Positions 33,152 through 44,853 of a DNA stretch of 64,000 nucleotides are shown here, one piece after another. Origin of the DNA: Gordius albopunctatus (taxonomy: Eukaryota). Below the pieces are notes generated by a model. It was not told where the DNA came from. It saw nothing but the letters and a program-made list of their open reading frames with translations, and ran no database searches. The stretch is taken from contig OZ193909.1 of the NCBI GenBank assembly GCA_964276515.1, forward strand, positions 6,138,001 through 6,202,000. The letters run 5' to 3'. Each line of letters opens with the position of its first letter. The stretch's first letter is position 1. Made by a program: the position numbers and the translations under genes.

Positions 33152-35820
33152 CCTTCTTCTTCTTCTTTATCGTGTTGAAAATCCCACAGACGTGGGGGTA
33201 CGTTTTCAGCAGCCTCTTCCATCTGAGTCGTGTGAATGCCATGCCAATTTCCATCTGTTTGACGTCCATATCCTTTTCGACTAGTCGTTTCCAGGTGGCA
33301 CGTGGTCTGCCCCTTCCTCTTCTTCCAGGCACGTCCATCTCCAGCGTTCGGCGTGTGACATCGTCTTCGTCTCTTCGTAATACATGGCCGTACCACCGCA
33401 GTCGATTTTCTCTTAAGAAGTCCTTCGTCGCTTGTATACCCATCTTTGTCATCAAGGATTCGTTCGTCATGCGATCCAGCTTGGTGTAGCCTAAGCTCCA
33501 TGGCACCATTCTCATTTCCGTGACTTGCAAGAGTTTCTCCTCCGCGGTGGTTACAGCCCATGTTTCGCTCCCGTAAAGCAAGACCGGTCGCACGATGGTT
33601 TTGTACGCCTTGCTTTTCAACCAAATTGGTATCTTTTTGTCACACATGACACCGGAGATGCTGCGCCACTTGAGCCATGCTTTCTTGATCCGAGAATGGA
33701 CTTCGGCGGTACATCCTCCCTCTTGATGTAATAGCGAGCCAAGATATGTGAACTTATCAACCTCCGTGTACATTGGACCGTCATTTTTGTGCATTTGCGG
33801 ACTACCGCCCATCGTTTGCATGTAAACCGTTTTCTTCTCGCTGACCTTTAACCCGAATTCCGAAAAACGTTCTGACCATTTTTTCGCCTGATGAAAAACC
33901 CCTTCTCTTGTTTCATTGCATAGGACAATATCGTCGGCATATAGCATAGTCCAAGGGGCTGGCTTGTGCAAGTCCTTTGTTATTGTATCCATAATTAGAT
34001 TCAACAAGAATGGGCTTAACCTTTGTATATGGGTATGATCGTACTTTCCCTCCATTGGTCAGGGATACGACTCTCATACAGCATAGCGTTAAATAGACCT
34101 GTCATTATGTCGATTCCTTCTCCTTTGCACCCAAGCCAAGCTTCGATCAGTAGATCATCGAGACCTAGCGCTTTCCCTTTCCGCATCTTCGTTAGTTGCG
34201 TTCCTATTTCATAAGCCTGCAATGGTAAAACCAAGTTCGAGTTCGGTTCCACCCTCTCTAGCGGTCTTCTATCATTCGTTTTGTTCATCATATTTTGGAA
34301 ATAATCTTTCCATCTTTTGATGACTTCCTTCGGTTTGCACAACGTTCGTCCCTCTTCGCTTTTAATGACTTTAAGTGTCCCGACATCTCGACTTTTTTTC
34401 TCCCTGATCTTTGCGAGTTTATACATGACTATGTAGCCGCCCTTGGTATCGAGCTTGTTTGCCATCTCGGTGTAAGCCTCGTTCTTCGCTATCGCGACCG
34501 CTATCTTAGCTTTGCGTTTCGCTTCACGATATGCCTCGTAGTCTTCTCCTTTCTTTGTTTTGTACCATCGTAGGTACAACGCCTTCTTTTCTTCTATAAC
34601 CTCTTTGACGGAGCCATTCCACCACCATAGTTCACGCTTGTGAGCTCTGCCGCCCTTAGTTCGTCCCAATATTTGAAAGGCCGTTTCCTTTAGAACATTT
34701 GCAACGGTGCCCCACCTTTTGTTAATGTCGCCCTCCAAGCCTGTAACCTTCAAGAGCGGAGTTGCTCGAGCGTGAAACATTTCATTTGCACGATCATCCT
34801 TAAGCTTTTCGTACTTTGTCCTTGGTGTGTAGACTTTTCTCCTTACGGGAAAAATCTTTCTTGCTATATCGAGGACAACTGTCCGATGTTGTTTGGCGAT
34901 TTCTTCCCCCGGTATAACCTTGCAATCTTTAACTTGCCACAAATTTTTGCGCTTCACTAATATGTAGTCGACCTGTGTAAGGTGATCCCCATTACTGTAC
35001 GTCACTAAATGTTCGGTACGCTTCTGAAAGAAGGTATTCACAATGGCCATATCGTAAGCTTGCGCCATCTGTAGTAACTTCTCTCCCTCTTTATTTTTCA
35101 CCCCATAGCCATGCCCGCCGTGATTTCGTTCGTACACGCCCCTTTCTTTCCCAACGTGCCCATTAAAGTCTGCTCTGATGATGAGATTCTCGTCAGGCTT
35201 CACGTAGCGTATTTCTTTTTCGAGCTTCTCATAGAATTCGTCCTTCTCATTTTCGGAACATCCAACCTGGGGCGAATACGCACAAATAACATTGACAAGG
35301 CCGCCTTGATCCGCCAGCTTTATGCACATCAATCTATCTGAGCATCGTTTGACTTCGACTACCTTGTCCTTAAAGGAATCGCTAAGCACTATACCGACCC
35401 CGTTCTTCCGTGATGGGGAACCCGAGTAGTATAGCTTGTAACCATCTCCTAGCTCCCTAGCTTTTGTTCCATGCCACCGCGTTTCTTATAGACACCCTAT
35501 GTGTATCCTTCGCCTTTTTAGCATCTGCGCAACCTCGATGCTCTTCCCCGTCAGCGTGCCCACGTTCCAGCTAGCCACTCTTGTCCGTTCGACAACTAGG
35601 TTCCTTAACCGCCTTCGTTGTGAGTGAGGCGGTGACCCTTGTATACTTTTCACATTGCACGGGCGGATGATGCAATGCGCGTCGTTTGGGGAGGACGCCC
35701 TAGAATTCTGGTATAAGTTCGTATTTGTAGCAGCCATGGTGTTTGGAGTTGCTTTTTACAGCCGGCTTCCGACCTGACGCCAACCCTCCACTTTTTTCAC
35801 ACAGACTTGGGACCGTCGTT
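33152..35820 (-). mobile_element. Near full-length RTE LINE (APE + RT) with an internal RT deletion; lies between the aacccg-rich arms of a MITE-like repeat (about 32455-36000)
   Basis: APE motifs SWNVGTL, ADFNGHVG, QVDYIL; RT LYADD; (GAA)n tail; IPIYKG joins directly to LSPFLLN. Confidence 0.95.
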
Positions 35821-36010
35821 CAATATAAAATTTAATGTTCAACCCGACCCGGATCCGACCCGAGTTTAAAATTTTTCAACCTGAACCCGACCCAACCCGA
35901 AAGTTTTTTCAAATTTTCAACCCGAACCCGATCCGAAAGCATTTTAAAATTTTCAACCCGAAGGGTCGGGTCGGGTTTCGGGTCACCCGTGCAGCCTACG
36001 GTCTTGGGCC

Positions 36011-36364
36011 CTGCGCGTAGCTAGAATATTCAAAAGGGCGAGGGGGATTTCCAATTTTTTTAAAAACATATTTATTTCAATAACATAAATACAAAAGCAG
36101 TGTATAAAAGATATAAAAATAATCGCGTTAAACAATATTTAATTTTCTTTCGCCAAAAGATAAGGCATCAAGAATTTCATCCGGAGTTGGGGCTAACTCC
36201 CGATGAATCGTTAAAAGCGCCAAACCATTTAATCGATTGTTTGACATGGAATTCCGTAAGTAGGTCTTAAGTCTTCTCAAAGTTGAATAAAAAAGTTTAC
36301 TAATTTATTTAAAGGGGGGGGGGATTTTTCGTCTCTCCCCCCCCTCTCCTTCTGTACGCCCATG
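36011..36364 (-). mobile_element. hAT deletion derivative retaining the transposase C-terminal dimerisation segment (about 36127-36288)
   Basis: Minus strand STLRRLKTYLRNSMS / RLNGLALLTIHRE; ends c-tgcgcgtag and gtacgcccatg; TSD cttgggcc/cttgagcc. Confidence 0.8.
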
Positions 36365-36539
36365 CTTGAGCCCGAGCTATTTGTGGGACTTAGAATAAAA
36401 ATAATAACAAATTATTTTTTAATTTATCTGTGCTCGACCCGTCTTAAATTCTCTTATCTAATAGTACTTGGATGTAATCTATTATTATTTATGCATACTA
36501 TCCCGATATATCCTATATAAACTGTTTTTCTGCGTATTG

Positions 36540-37680
36540 TGCCAGGTATTTAATTCCATTTTTGTTCAGTAGAATATTCACTTGCTCAGTAGAATAATTA
36601 AATGTTCAGTAAATAATTAAAATGCTCATTAATTCATTTGTTCAGTTTCTTATTTCATTGTTGCTCAGTAAATCTTTGCTCATTAACTGAATTATTTCAA
36701 AATAAAATAAGTATTCAAGCGAGATTTGAAACAGGAATGTCAATTCATAGAAGTCTAAAGTGTTACCTATGCGGTAAAAAGACAAGAATTTTGTTTAGCG
36801 ACCTTAAATGTTCGATTAATAAAAAAGACAGAATTAATTTTGTCTGTTTTGGTGACCGTTATGATAATTGTCGTTTGTAGAGCTAAATAAATTCTTCAAA
36901 CTAAAATTAATGGGCTAGGGTGTCACAAAGTTGTTACAAGTAGGAAATCTAAAGTTGTCGACCTAACTTGGTGACAATTGTCATAATTGTCTTTTATAAA
37001 GCTAAATAATTTCGTTAAACGAAAGGTGTCATAAAATTAGTTTAAACTTAAAATTAGATCTGCCAACCTAAGTTGGTGACAATTGTCATAATTAAAGTTC
37101 ATAGAGCCAAATAAATTATTTTAACAAAATTCGTTGGATAAGGGTATCGTAAAGTTGTTGCAGATATTAAAGCTTAACTTGTCAACCTATCTTGGTGACA
37201 ATCGACTATTATGAAAATTTTCATTGGTCAAACCCACCGTAAAACACCTAAACCAAACCAAAGGTCGACTAATAAGTTATAATAACCTTTTGTATGTTAT
37301 AAAAATTGTGAGAGCCCAAAGTTCACTTTACAAGAACACAACCTATGGTCTGTTTTTCAGATTTCGACCAAGCCTAAACGTCGACTAAGAAAAACCTGAT
37401 TTTTTTACAACACTGTAACCATGCACTCATAGTACTGTTAATATATATTAAAAAATAAAAAAACGTACACCAATAAAAATTTCATTTATAAAATATGAGC
37501 GAAGATTAAATTAATATCGAAAATTAATTTAAATTACTGAGAATTTTAGTAAAAATATTGAGCATTACATTATGAATTTAAATCTGAGCATTTTAAGATT
37601 AATTTACTGATTATTTTTCAATTTTTAACTGGGCACATTAATAAAATACTGATCACACTTTACTGAGCATTTTTCTTATT
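36540..37680. repeat. Foldback-like element: inverted arrays of tgctcagta/tactgagca flanking an internal degenerate 105-119 bp tandem repeat
   Basis: ttggtgac core recurs at about 36849, 36968, 37073 and 37192; the outer short motifs occur in opposite orientations. Confidence 0.55.
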
Positions 37681-37970
37681 CTCTTGTCATTAATAAAAAT
37701 AAATAACCACGCTAGTGACCCCGACAAGTGATTTATAAAAAACCGAAATTAAATTCTCGCACCTAGCTGAAATTTAAAGTTCAGACCTCCAAGTATGCTT
37801 ATCGGATTGAAATATTGCCTCAAGGTATGTCTTTCGATACCAAAGAATTGTTGGAGACAGCTTCCAAAAAATAAAAATGCTAACTTCGCATGCCTAGGGG
37901 CCCGTCTTAATATACGCTTCAACTTCAAGCGCGCCATAATTTTTTGTGTCTAAATATGCGATTCAACTAA

Positions 37971-39198
37971 ATGGATGCAATATCAATATTAATTCTTTTA
38001 CTAACTGAGTATGCATCAAAAAAATCTACTAGAAGAAAAAAAATATATTATGTAAACAAAGACATGTTTTTGGGGAGTTTTCTAATATGATTAAAAATAT
38101 TTTAAAGGATGATGAGTTATTTTATGATTATAAAAGGATGCAACAAAGCACATTTTACTATATCTTGTCTCATATTGAAGAAGATATAAATCCTTCTAAT
38201 GATAAAGTTGAATGGATAAGTCCAGCTGAAAGGTTGATGGTTACTTTAAGGTATATTATAAGAATAGATTATATTTAATTTTCAATTTAGATATTTAATA
38301 TTGGGGGACTGTTTCAGGCAATTAGCCTTTTCTTTTAGGATAAGTAGAAGTGCAATAGCCTATATAGTGGATGAAGTTACTGAAGCTATTGTAAAAAACT
38401 TGATGAAGATTCACATACCAATACCCAATCATGAAAATTGGAAAAAAGTAGGCATTATTTATTATAAAATAAATTATTCTTTAGATAGCAAAAGATTATG
38501 AGGAGATATGGAACTTTCCAAATTGTTTGGGAGCAGTTGATGGAAAGCATATAAGGATTATCAAACCCGCAAAAGCAGGAAGCCGTTTCTATAACTACAA
38601 AGGATATCATTCCATTGTATTGATGGCTGTCTCAGATGCCAAATATAAATTTACTTATATTGATGTAGGAGCCCTAGGGCGTCAAAGTGACGGAGGGGTT
38701 TGGAAACACTGTTCCCTGTATAAAAAGATAGAGGAAAATAGAAATTTTTTATTACCAGATACCTATTTAACTAATACTCCTGTAAAAGTCCCATATGTAT
38801 TCATAGCTGATGAAGCTTTTCAGCTATCAGAGTTTCTTATGAAACCATATCCAAGCTCTTCATTAAATGATGACAAAGTTATGTACAACAAAAGATTGGC
38901 AAGAGCCAGGAATTCTGTAGAATGTTCATTTGGAATATTGGCTAAAAAATTTGGGATTCTTGAGACCCCAATAAAAACTAAGCCTAAAAAGGCTGAAAAA
39001 ATAATTCAAACAATTTGTATTTTGCATAATATTTTATTAGATAAGGAATTGCCTTCTTATGATTATAATTTACACAATGCCCAAATTGAAAATACCCAAC
39101 AGTTATTGCCTGAGAACAACCCATCTTCTCACCATGCTCAGAATATTAGAGAATTATTTAGTCAATATTTTAAATGTCATTCTTTACCTTGGCATTAA
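37971..39198 (+). CDS. Harbinger (HARBI1-like) DDE transposase; introns 38251-38290 and 38448-38484; apparent frameshift near the N-terminus
   Basis: ISPAERLMVTLR|YL, WNFPNCLGAVDGKH, IADEAF, RARNSVECSFGIL, CILHN. Confidence 0.9.
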
Positions 39199-39355
39199 AA
39201 CCATTATAATTTTTTTAATTGTTTAATGAGTACTCTTAATAAATTGTTATTCCTTTTAAGGGTTGTCAAGTTTAGCTTAGAGTTGTAATAATACACATAA
39301 ACTTTTATTCATCATATAAAATGTATCATCAACTAATATATAAAAAATGCAATAA

Positions 39356-39791
39356 TCAATTATGTTTTAAATTTTCTAACAGTTGCAATATATTTAATTT
39401 GAAAAGTAACTTATTGTTATCATTCAGAGATTTGAAGTCTGCTAATAGTGAATCCAGAAAGATCTTTTCTGGATCACTAGAAATTTTGAACTTTTCTTCT
39501 ATATTTATTAACCTAACCCATCTCTTAAGATTTTCCACTTGGTTTTGCATTTTTCCACTATTAAAATTATAACATTTATTATAAAATATAACCTGGCAAG
39601 TTGCAATCATTGGCTACCAGTTGCCATGATTTGGCAACCTCTAGTTTATTACTGTGAAGTTCATTTTCATCATCCCAAATAATGATTTGAGATTCCACAC
39701 TTCTAATGAGTGTTTTTGTTTGTTCTTGTCTAATTTAAGCATTTATTATGCATTTAATAATTATTTTATTAGCTTACTCTATATTTTGCAT
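39356..39791 (-). CDS. MADF + BESS-like DNA-binding partner of the Harbinger; exons 39791-39778, 39729-39593, 39557-about 39518, about 39476-39356
   Basis: LIRSVESQIIIWD..N..KSWQLVA..VEKCKTKWKILRD (three MADF tryptophans), then DPEKIFLDSLLADFKSL..KLLFKLNILQLL (BESS-like). Confidence 0.78.
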
Positions 39792-40204
39792 CCTGCAAAT
39801 CGCGAATGAAATGAAGTAACAAAGAAGCAAAAATGAAGTTAAGCGTATATTAAGACGCGGCTATGTTTTAACATGTGTTCGCTTTTTTTGCTGCGAGTCA
39901 AAATCTTATTTTAAGACGCACCCTAGGACAGACACACATTTAATTAAAGCACAAATGGAGGGGGCGGGAGTGGAGGAGAAAGAGAGGAGGGTAGATGAAG
40001 GGAGAGATAGATGTGTTAGTAAACATCGCTTGTGTAGTATGATGAATATGAATTCTAATATACTCCGTTTTCTAACCATGGGGGGGGGGCGAATTTTATT
40101 AAGGGAAAGGGGTTCGCGTAAATGCGAATAAATTTAAATATAGAGATAAAACAAAAATAATTAATGGATCTATAGATGACTATAGATGAAACTTTAATCT
40201 ACAT

Positions 40205-40820
40205 CAGGGGTAGCATGGCGCCCCCGATCGATTTTTAATGCGCCCTCGCTGGACTAATGTAAATGTATGACACATGAGCGTATCTAATAACACGCACGTA
40301 TTTTTTGTTAGTGTGTGATCGTATTTCGAATAGACCACGCGTAGACCGGGAATTTAAAACTACAAAGTAATCCGAAATAATTCTTTTCTTTCAAAACCTT
40401 TCATGGATAAATGTAAAAGAAAAATAACAAATTATTTTAACGATGAATGGGAACATCTATATTGTTTCGTTGATTACAAAGGCAACTGTATTTGTTGTGT
40501 AATAATAGTGTTGCGATTCCCAAGAAAAGTAATATTGAACGACATTTTAAGACCGTTCATACGAATTTTGATAGTGACTATCCAATGAACTCTGAAATTA
40601 GAAGAAAAAAAATTATTTCTTTAAAATCTTCAAGAACTAACCAGCAAAGTTTTTTTTACTAAACCACTGCAACAACATAAAGCAGCAACGATCGCGTCAT
40701 ATAAAATATAGCATTTGCTAGCTAAGAATAAAAAGCCATTTACAGATGGAGAATCAGTCAAAGAAGCCCTGATTCACTTTTTTAAAAATAAAAAGGAAAT
40801 AGTTTCAGCTATAAACTTAA
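40205..40820 (+). mobile_element. 5' remnant of a hAT (Buster/SPIN, GTF2IRD2-like) transposon
   Basis: Frameshifted FNDEWEHLYCF..CIC / KSNIERHF..H / ASYKI.HLLAKNKKPFTDGESVKE. Confidence 0.8.
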
Positions 40821-41805
40821 ATAAATAATATTTAAATTATTATCACGTCGTCGATCATGGAAGCATATTTTTAATAATTATACATCCTTCAATTAATTAA
40901 TTTATTATATTAAAGAAAATTGTATTTCAAATAAATCAGCTAACTAGAAAAATAAACTAATGGTATTATTGTATGATAAGCAGGTTTTGAATTAGGGAGG
41001 GGGGCAGATTTCTAAAAAAAATATTTTTCTCGAGTATCCAAAAATTTTCATGAGAGCAAAAGAAGGTCTTCGACTACTAAATTCCTAAATTTTTCCTGAG
41101 ACCCGCAGGGGGTAGCCGCCCTTTCCTGACTAATTGGGGGGGGGGGGGGGTAGCCGCCCTTTCTGCCCTTCCCTGGCTAATTAGGGGGGGGGGGGCAAAA
41201 CATAATTTTTAATGTTTTTTGTATTGAAAAATTATTTTCTTTTAAATTAGGGGGGGGGAGGGGTACGCCAATAAATCAAAGTCATTTTTTAATTATTTTT
41301 CACGTCGTTTATTATTATTATTATAGGACGGTCGTGTCCCCTCCTGCGTGGCTAAATAAATTAAAAATATAATTTTGTCATTTTTTGCCCGTTAAATAAT
41401 GAGAAAAATGAAAATACAATTAACAAAGTGCCAATAAACGTTGATATATCTCAGTTCTTCTGACATTATTAAGTTCAGAATTAAAAGTTTTATTCAGAAA
41501 CAAATAATTATGATATTGTTTCTTAATTACAAAAAAATATAAAAAATTGCTTGAAGGGCCAGGCGGCCAAAGATTTTTCCCTTGGGTGGGGGGGCATGGG
41601 GCCAGGTTTTCTCTCTTGGGTGGGCCTGGGCCTTGGACCCTCTTTAACTATTTGTTTCAAATTTTTGCATAATAAACACTTACCAATTATATTTGATATA
41701 TTCTTAATCTATTATACGGAAATAGAACAATAGAAGTAAAACATATAGACATCAAACTTTATTTTTACTTCAATAACCATTTATAATCATATATGCCTTA
41801 AAATT

Positions 41806-42124
41806 CAGGGGTTTGAACCCGCCCAAATTAAAATTGGGTTCTGGTTCGGGTTTGGTATGAATCGGGTTCGGGTTCGTATTTGGGTTTAGGGGTTGGGTTC
41901 GGGTTCAGGTTCGGGTTCAAGAAATTATATTAAAAATGCCGGAAACATAAAAATATTTAAATTAAAATCGTATGGTTTTTGTTACATTGTGATGATAGAC
42001 AAAACTGAGATATTGAATTCACAATATATTTTTGAATTAAAAACCCGAACCCTTTTTTGTATTCATCGGGTTCGGGTTTTAAGGGTATTTTTAAAAATGG
42101 GTTCGGGTTCGGGACATACCCCTG
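41806..42124. mobile_element. hAT MITE with GGGTTC subterminal repeats
   Basis: TIR CAGGGGT(T/A)TG; TSD ttaaaatt/ctaaaatt. Confidence 0.8.
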
Positions 42125-42159
42125 CTAAAATTCCAACATAATTTAATATACTCGGGTAA

Positions 42160-42194
42160 ATGGCAAAACAACGTTTGCCGGGTTCATCATCTAG
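42160..42194 (+). mobile_element. Helitron 3' terminus
   Basis: Hairpin GGCAAAAC-aac-GTTTGCC then CTAG|T; resembles the terminus at 52305. Confidence 0.6.
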
Positions 42195-44714
42195 TTATAA
42201 ATAAAAATATAGAGTTCAACACAGTTCATGCATGTAATCATAAAAAAATATAATCATATAAATTTTCTAAACTAAATGTACTTTGTTTTGAACCTATTAC
42301 AAATTTAAATTCTTTGTTATGCCATTTAATTATGAATTATAGATAATTACTTATGAAAGAATTTAATTAAAATTTTTAATCTAAAGTTGTTTATATCTTT
42401 CTTTTAAATAATTTACCCTTAAGTTATCTTTCTTATTTTGTTAGTACAACTATTCGCATCTAGCTAATCGGTCCATATATTCATGAAACTCTGGCTATTC
42501 CTTATAATCAGATGTAATTTATATAACCAATATCACTATTTTTTCTGATATTCCACCTATAAATAGAAAAAAAATTGCTTATAGATCTTTTTTGAAAAAT
42601 ACGCTAGGTTGGGGGGGGGGGGAAGAAAGACCATCGTTAAAAAGCCACGTAGACTTTTATCCAGAGGCTATATAAGTTGGACATCCATATGTAGGATTTC
42701 CGCGAAACATTATGAAACTTTTTGGGTAGGATTTTTCATTAAAATTCACAATTGTTTTCAGGTAAAAAGTGATGTTAAATTTTTTTGATTTTCTATCAAC
42801 CCCAAAGTAATTAAATATCTTCCACTATATTCATCTCATATATTGGGTAATATTTAACTCATAGATATTTTGATTAAAATTCGTCGTTGTTTTAACACTT
42901 GACAGATTATTGAGTGGAATGATCCTGTAACGGACATTTAAAGTATTATAGGCGTAGCCAGGATTGTCTCAAAAAAGGGGGGGGGTTCAGAAAAATTTGA
43001 TAAATAATATTATTAAACAAAAATTTATTAAGCTTATATACAGTTGTGGCGGAGGTAGGACTATCTAATTAAGGGGGGGGGGGGATGGGAAAAATTTTGT
43101 GTCAAAAATTTTGGATCAAGCAAAAACTAATAAAAATTATATAAATTCAGTATCTACTATCGGTTTTTGGTAAAAAATACATTCATAATATCTTCAGAGA
43201 CGCAAATTGCAAAGCGCTCCTTCCAATTTTTCTTTTTGCGCTAATTAGTGCCATTGTTTGAACAAAACACTGGCATGGGCCTTTTAGGCTTAATTTTCAT
43301 AATATTACGAAAAATTGTCCGATTGCGTTAAAAATACAGGTTTTATGAATAATTAACAATTAAAAATTAATATGAATTTAATTATATTGTAAAGTTTAAT
43401 AATAAAACCAGGGGCGGAGGGGGGTAAGGGGGAGGGGGGAGAGGGAGGGAAGGTAGGGGGGGGCCGAGGGTCCGATTTGGAGTTCGTTTTTTCGTTTTGG
43501 TACATTTGCCTTTGCCGGGAAATATTTAGCCAGTTTAGCAAGTATCCGATATATAGCAACAACCTAGACAAGATGCAAAAATAAGTTTATGTATAAAGCT
43601 AATGAGTGGGCTACAACAACAATAATAGATATTGGGCTCGGGCGAGCTCGAAGAAATCAAAGCCAACCAGCGGTCATTAGCGAATCTATTTGCAAAAGCC
43701 AAATAAAAGTCTTTTACAGAAGCATAAGTCCACAGCCATTTGAAATCTCCATGACAATTATTTAAAAATTACAAATTGGACAACGAATAGCGAGCCCATA
43801 AATTGCATAGCAATTAATAAAATTTGATAAACACCATTTTTATATAAAAATAAAAAGTTTTTGCCACTACTAATAGCTAGGCCCGGCCCGTATTAATTGC
43901 TATACAATTTTATTATTCGTCCAAGCCCGACCCGCAATTTTTAACAAAAAGCCCATTCATACCCGGGTTTAACAATGCTAGCTGTATTTGCTTTAATAAA
44001 ATTAGCTATATCATGATCATTAAAAAGTAAACTTTAAAAAATGAATTTACTAAACCATAAGGAATAATAATTTTTAGTTGAATTTTTGCATCATTTTTTG
44101 ATTTTAAAGTCTGTTTAAAAATGCAGCATACATGAATGAAATGTGCAAAACGCTTTGTAAAATTATCATTTACATGGCTATTAATTATTTGTATTTTATT
44201 ATTTTACTCTTCTCTAGTAGTATAATACCCCCAAATTCTAAAAACAAGGAACTATAATGTAAGTTTAAATAACTTTGTTAAATACGTAGAAAAATAAAAT
44301 TGTAAATTACGTTTATTACTAAAATTTGGCTTGCATCAGCATCTTTCTAGTTTATTTTTAGAGGTTGAAGATAGTTTTTTCGATAATTAATCCAGAATTA
44401 ACTTCCTTCTTATTCAAAAACACGCACTCGGGACAGAAAATATTTGTATAACTAGTGTTAAAATTAGTAGATTTCATCTAAAATTAAATATCAAATTACT
44501 TAAGATAATTTATTATTTCTATATGCGCAACACTAACAAGACTTATATTAATAGCATTGAATTTCTCCGTATAATTTCGATTTTTTAAAATTTTTTTTGG
44601 CAATGGGAGGGATTCTAACCCAAACCGCCCCCCCTTCCCTACGCTACTGTCGCTTAGAAAAATTAAGTTATTAATTATCATGTTATGTGATCTATAATTG
44701 TCAATCCGTTTATA

Positions 44715-44853
44715 TGAATATTGTTATATAAAAACGGTTTCGATTGATAACGTAAGTAGAGGGAAATAGAACGCAATATTTCGGGCACTTGCCCATCTTC
44801 AGATCCCTCCACGTTATCAATCCAAAACCACCGGTTTTATATAACAATATTCA
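44715..44853. repeat. Short palindromic MITE-like inverted repeat
   Basis: gaatattgttatataaaaacgg...gattgataacg versus cgttatcaatc...ccggttttatataacaatattc. Confidence 0.7.

Larger units (their letters stand above)
37898..39923. mobile_element. PIF/Harbinger DNA transposon with two convergent genes
   Basis: TIRs GGGCCCGTCTTAA/GGGTGCGTCTTAA, 3-bp flanks TAG/TAG, and an extra inverted subterminal copy at about 39835-39861. Confidence 0.88.

Noticed and set aside
33136..35341. Overlapping and antisense ORFs across the RTE, and likewise over the DIRS-like and Helitron regions
   Set aside because: Shadow frames of GC-richer TE coding sequence with no independent motifs.
41830..41920. GGGTT(C/T)-rich runs resembling telomeric repeats; also aacccg runs near 10040, 32480 and 35840
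   Set aside because: Irregular units; at 41806-42124 they sit inside a TIR- and TSD-bounded MITE, so they are subterminal motifs.
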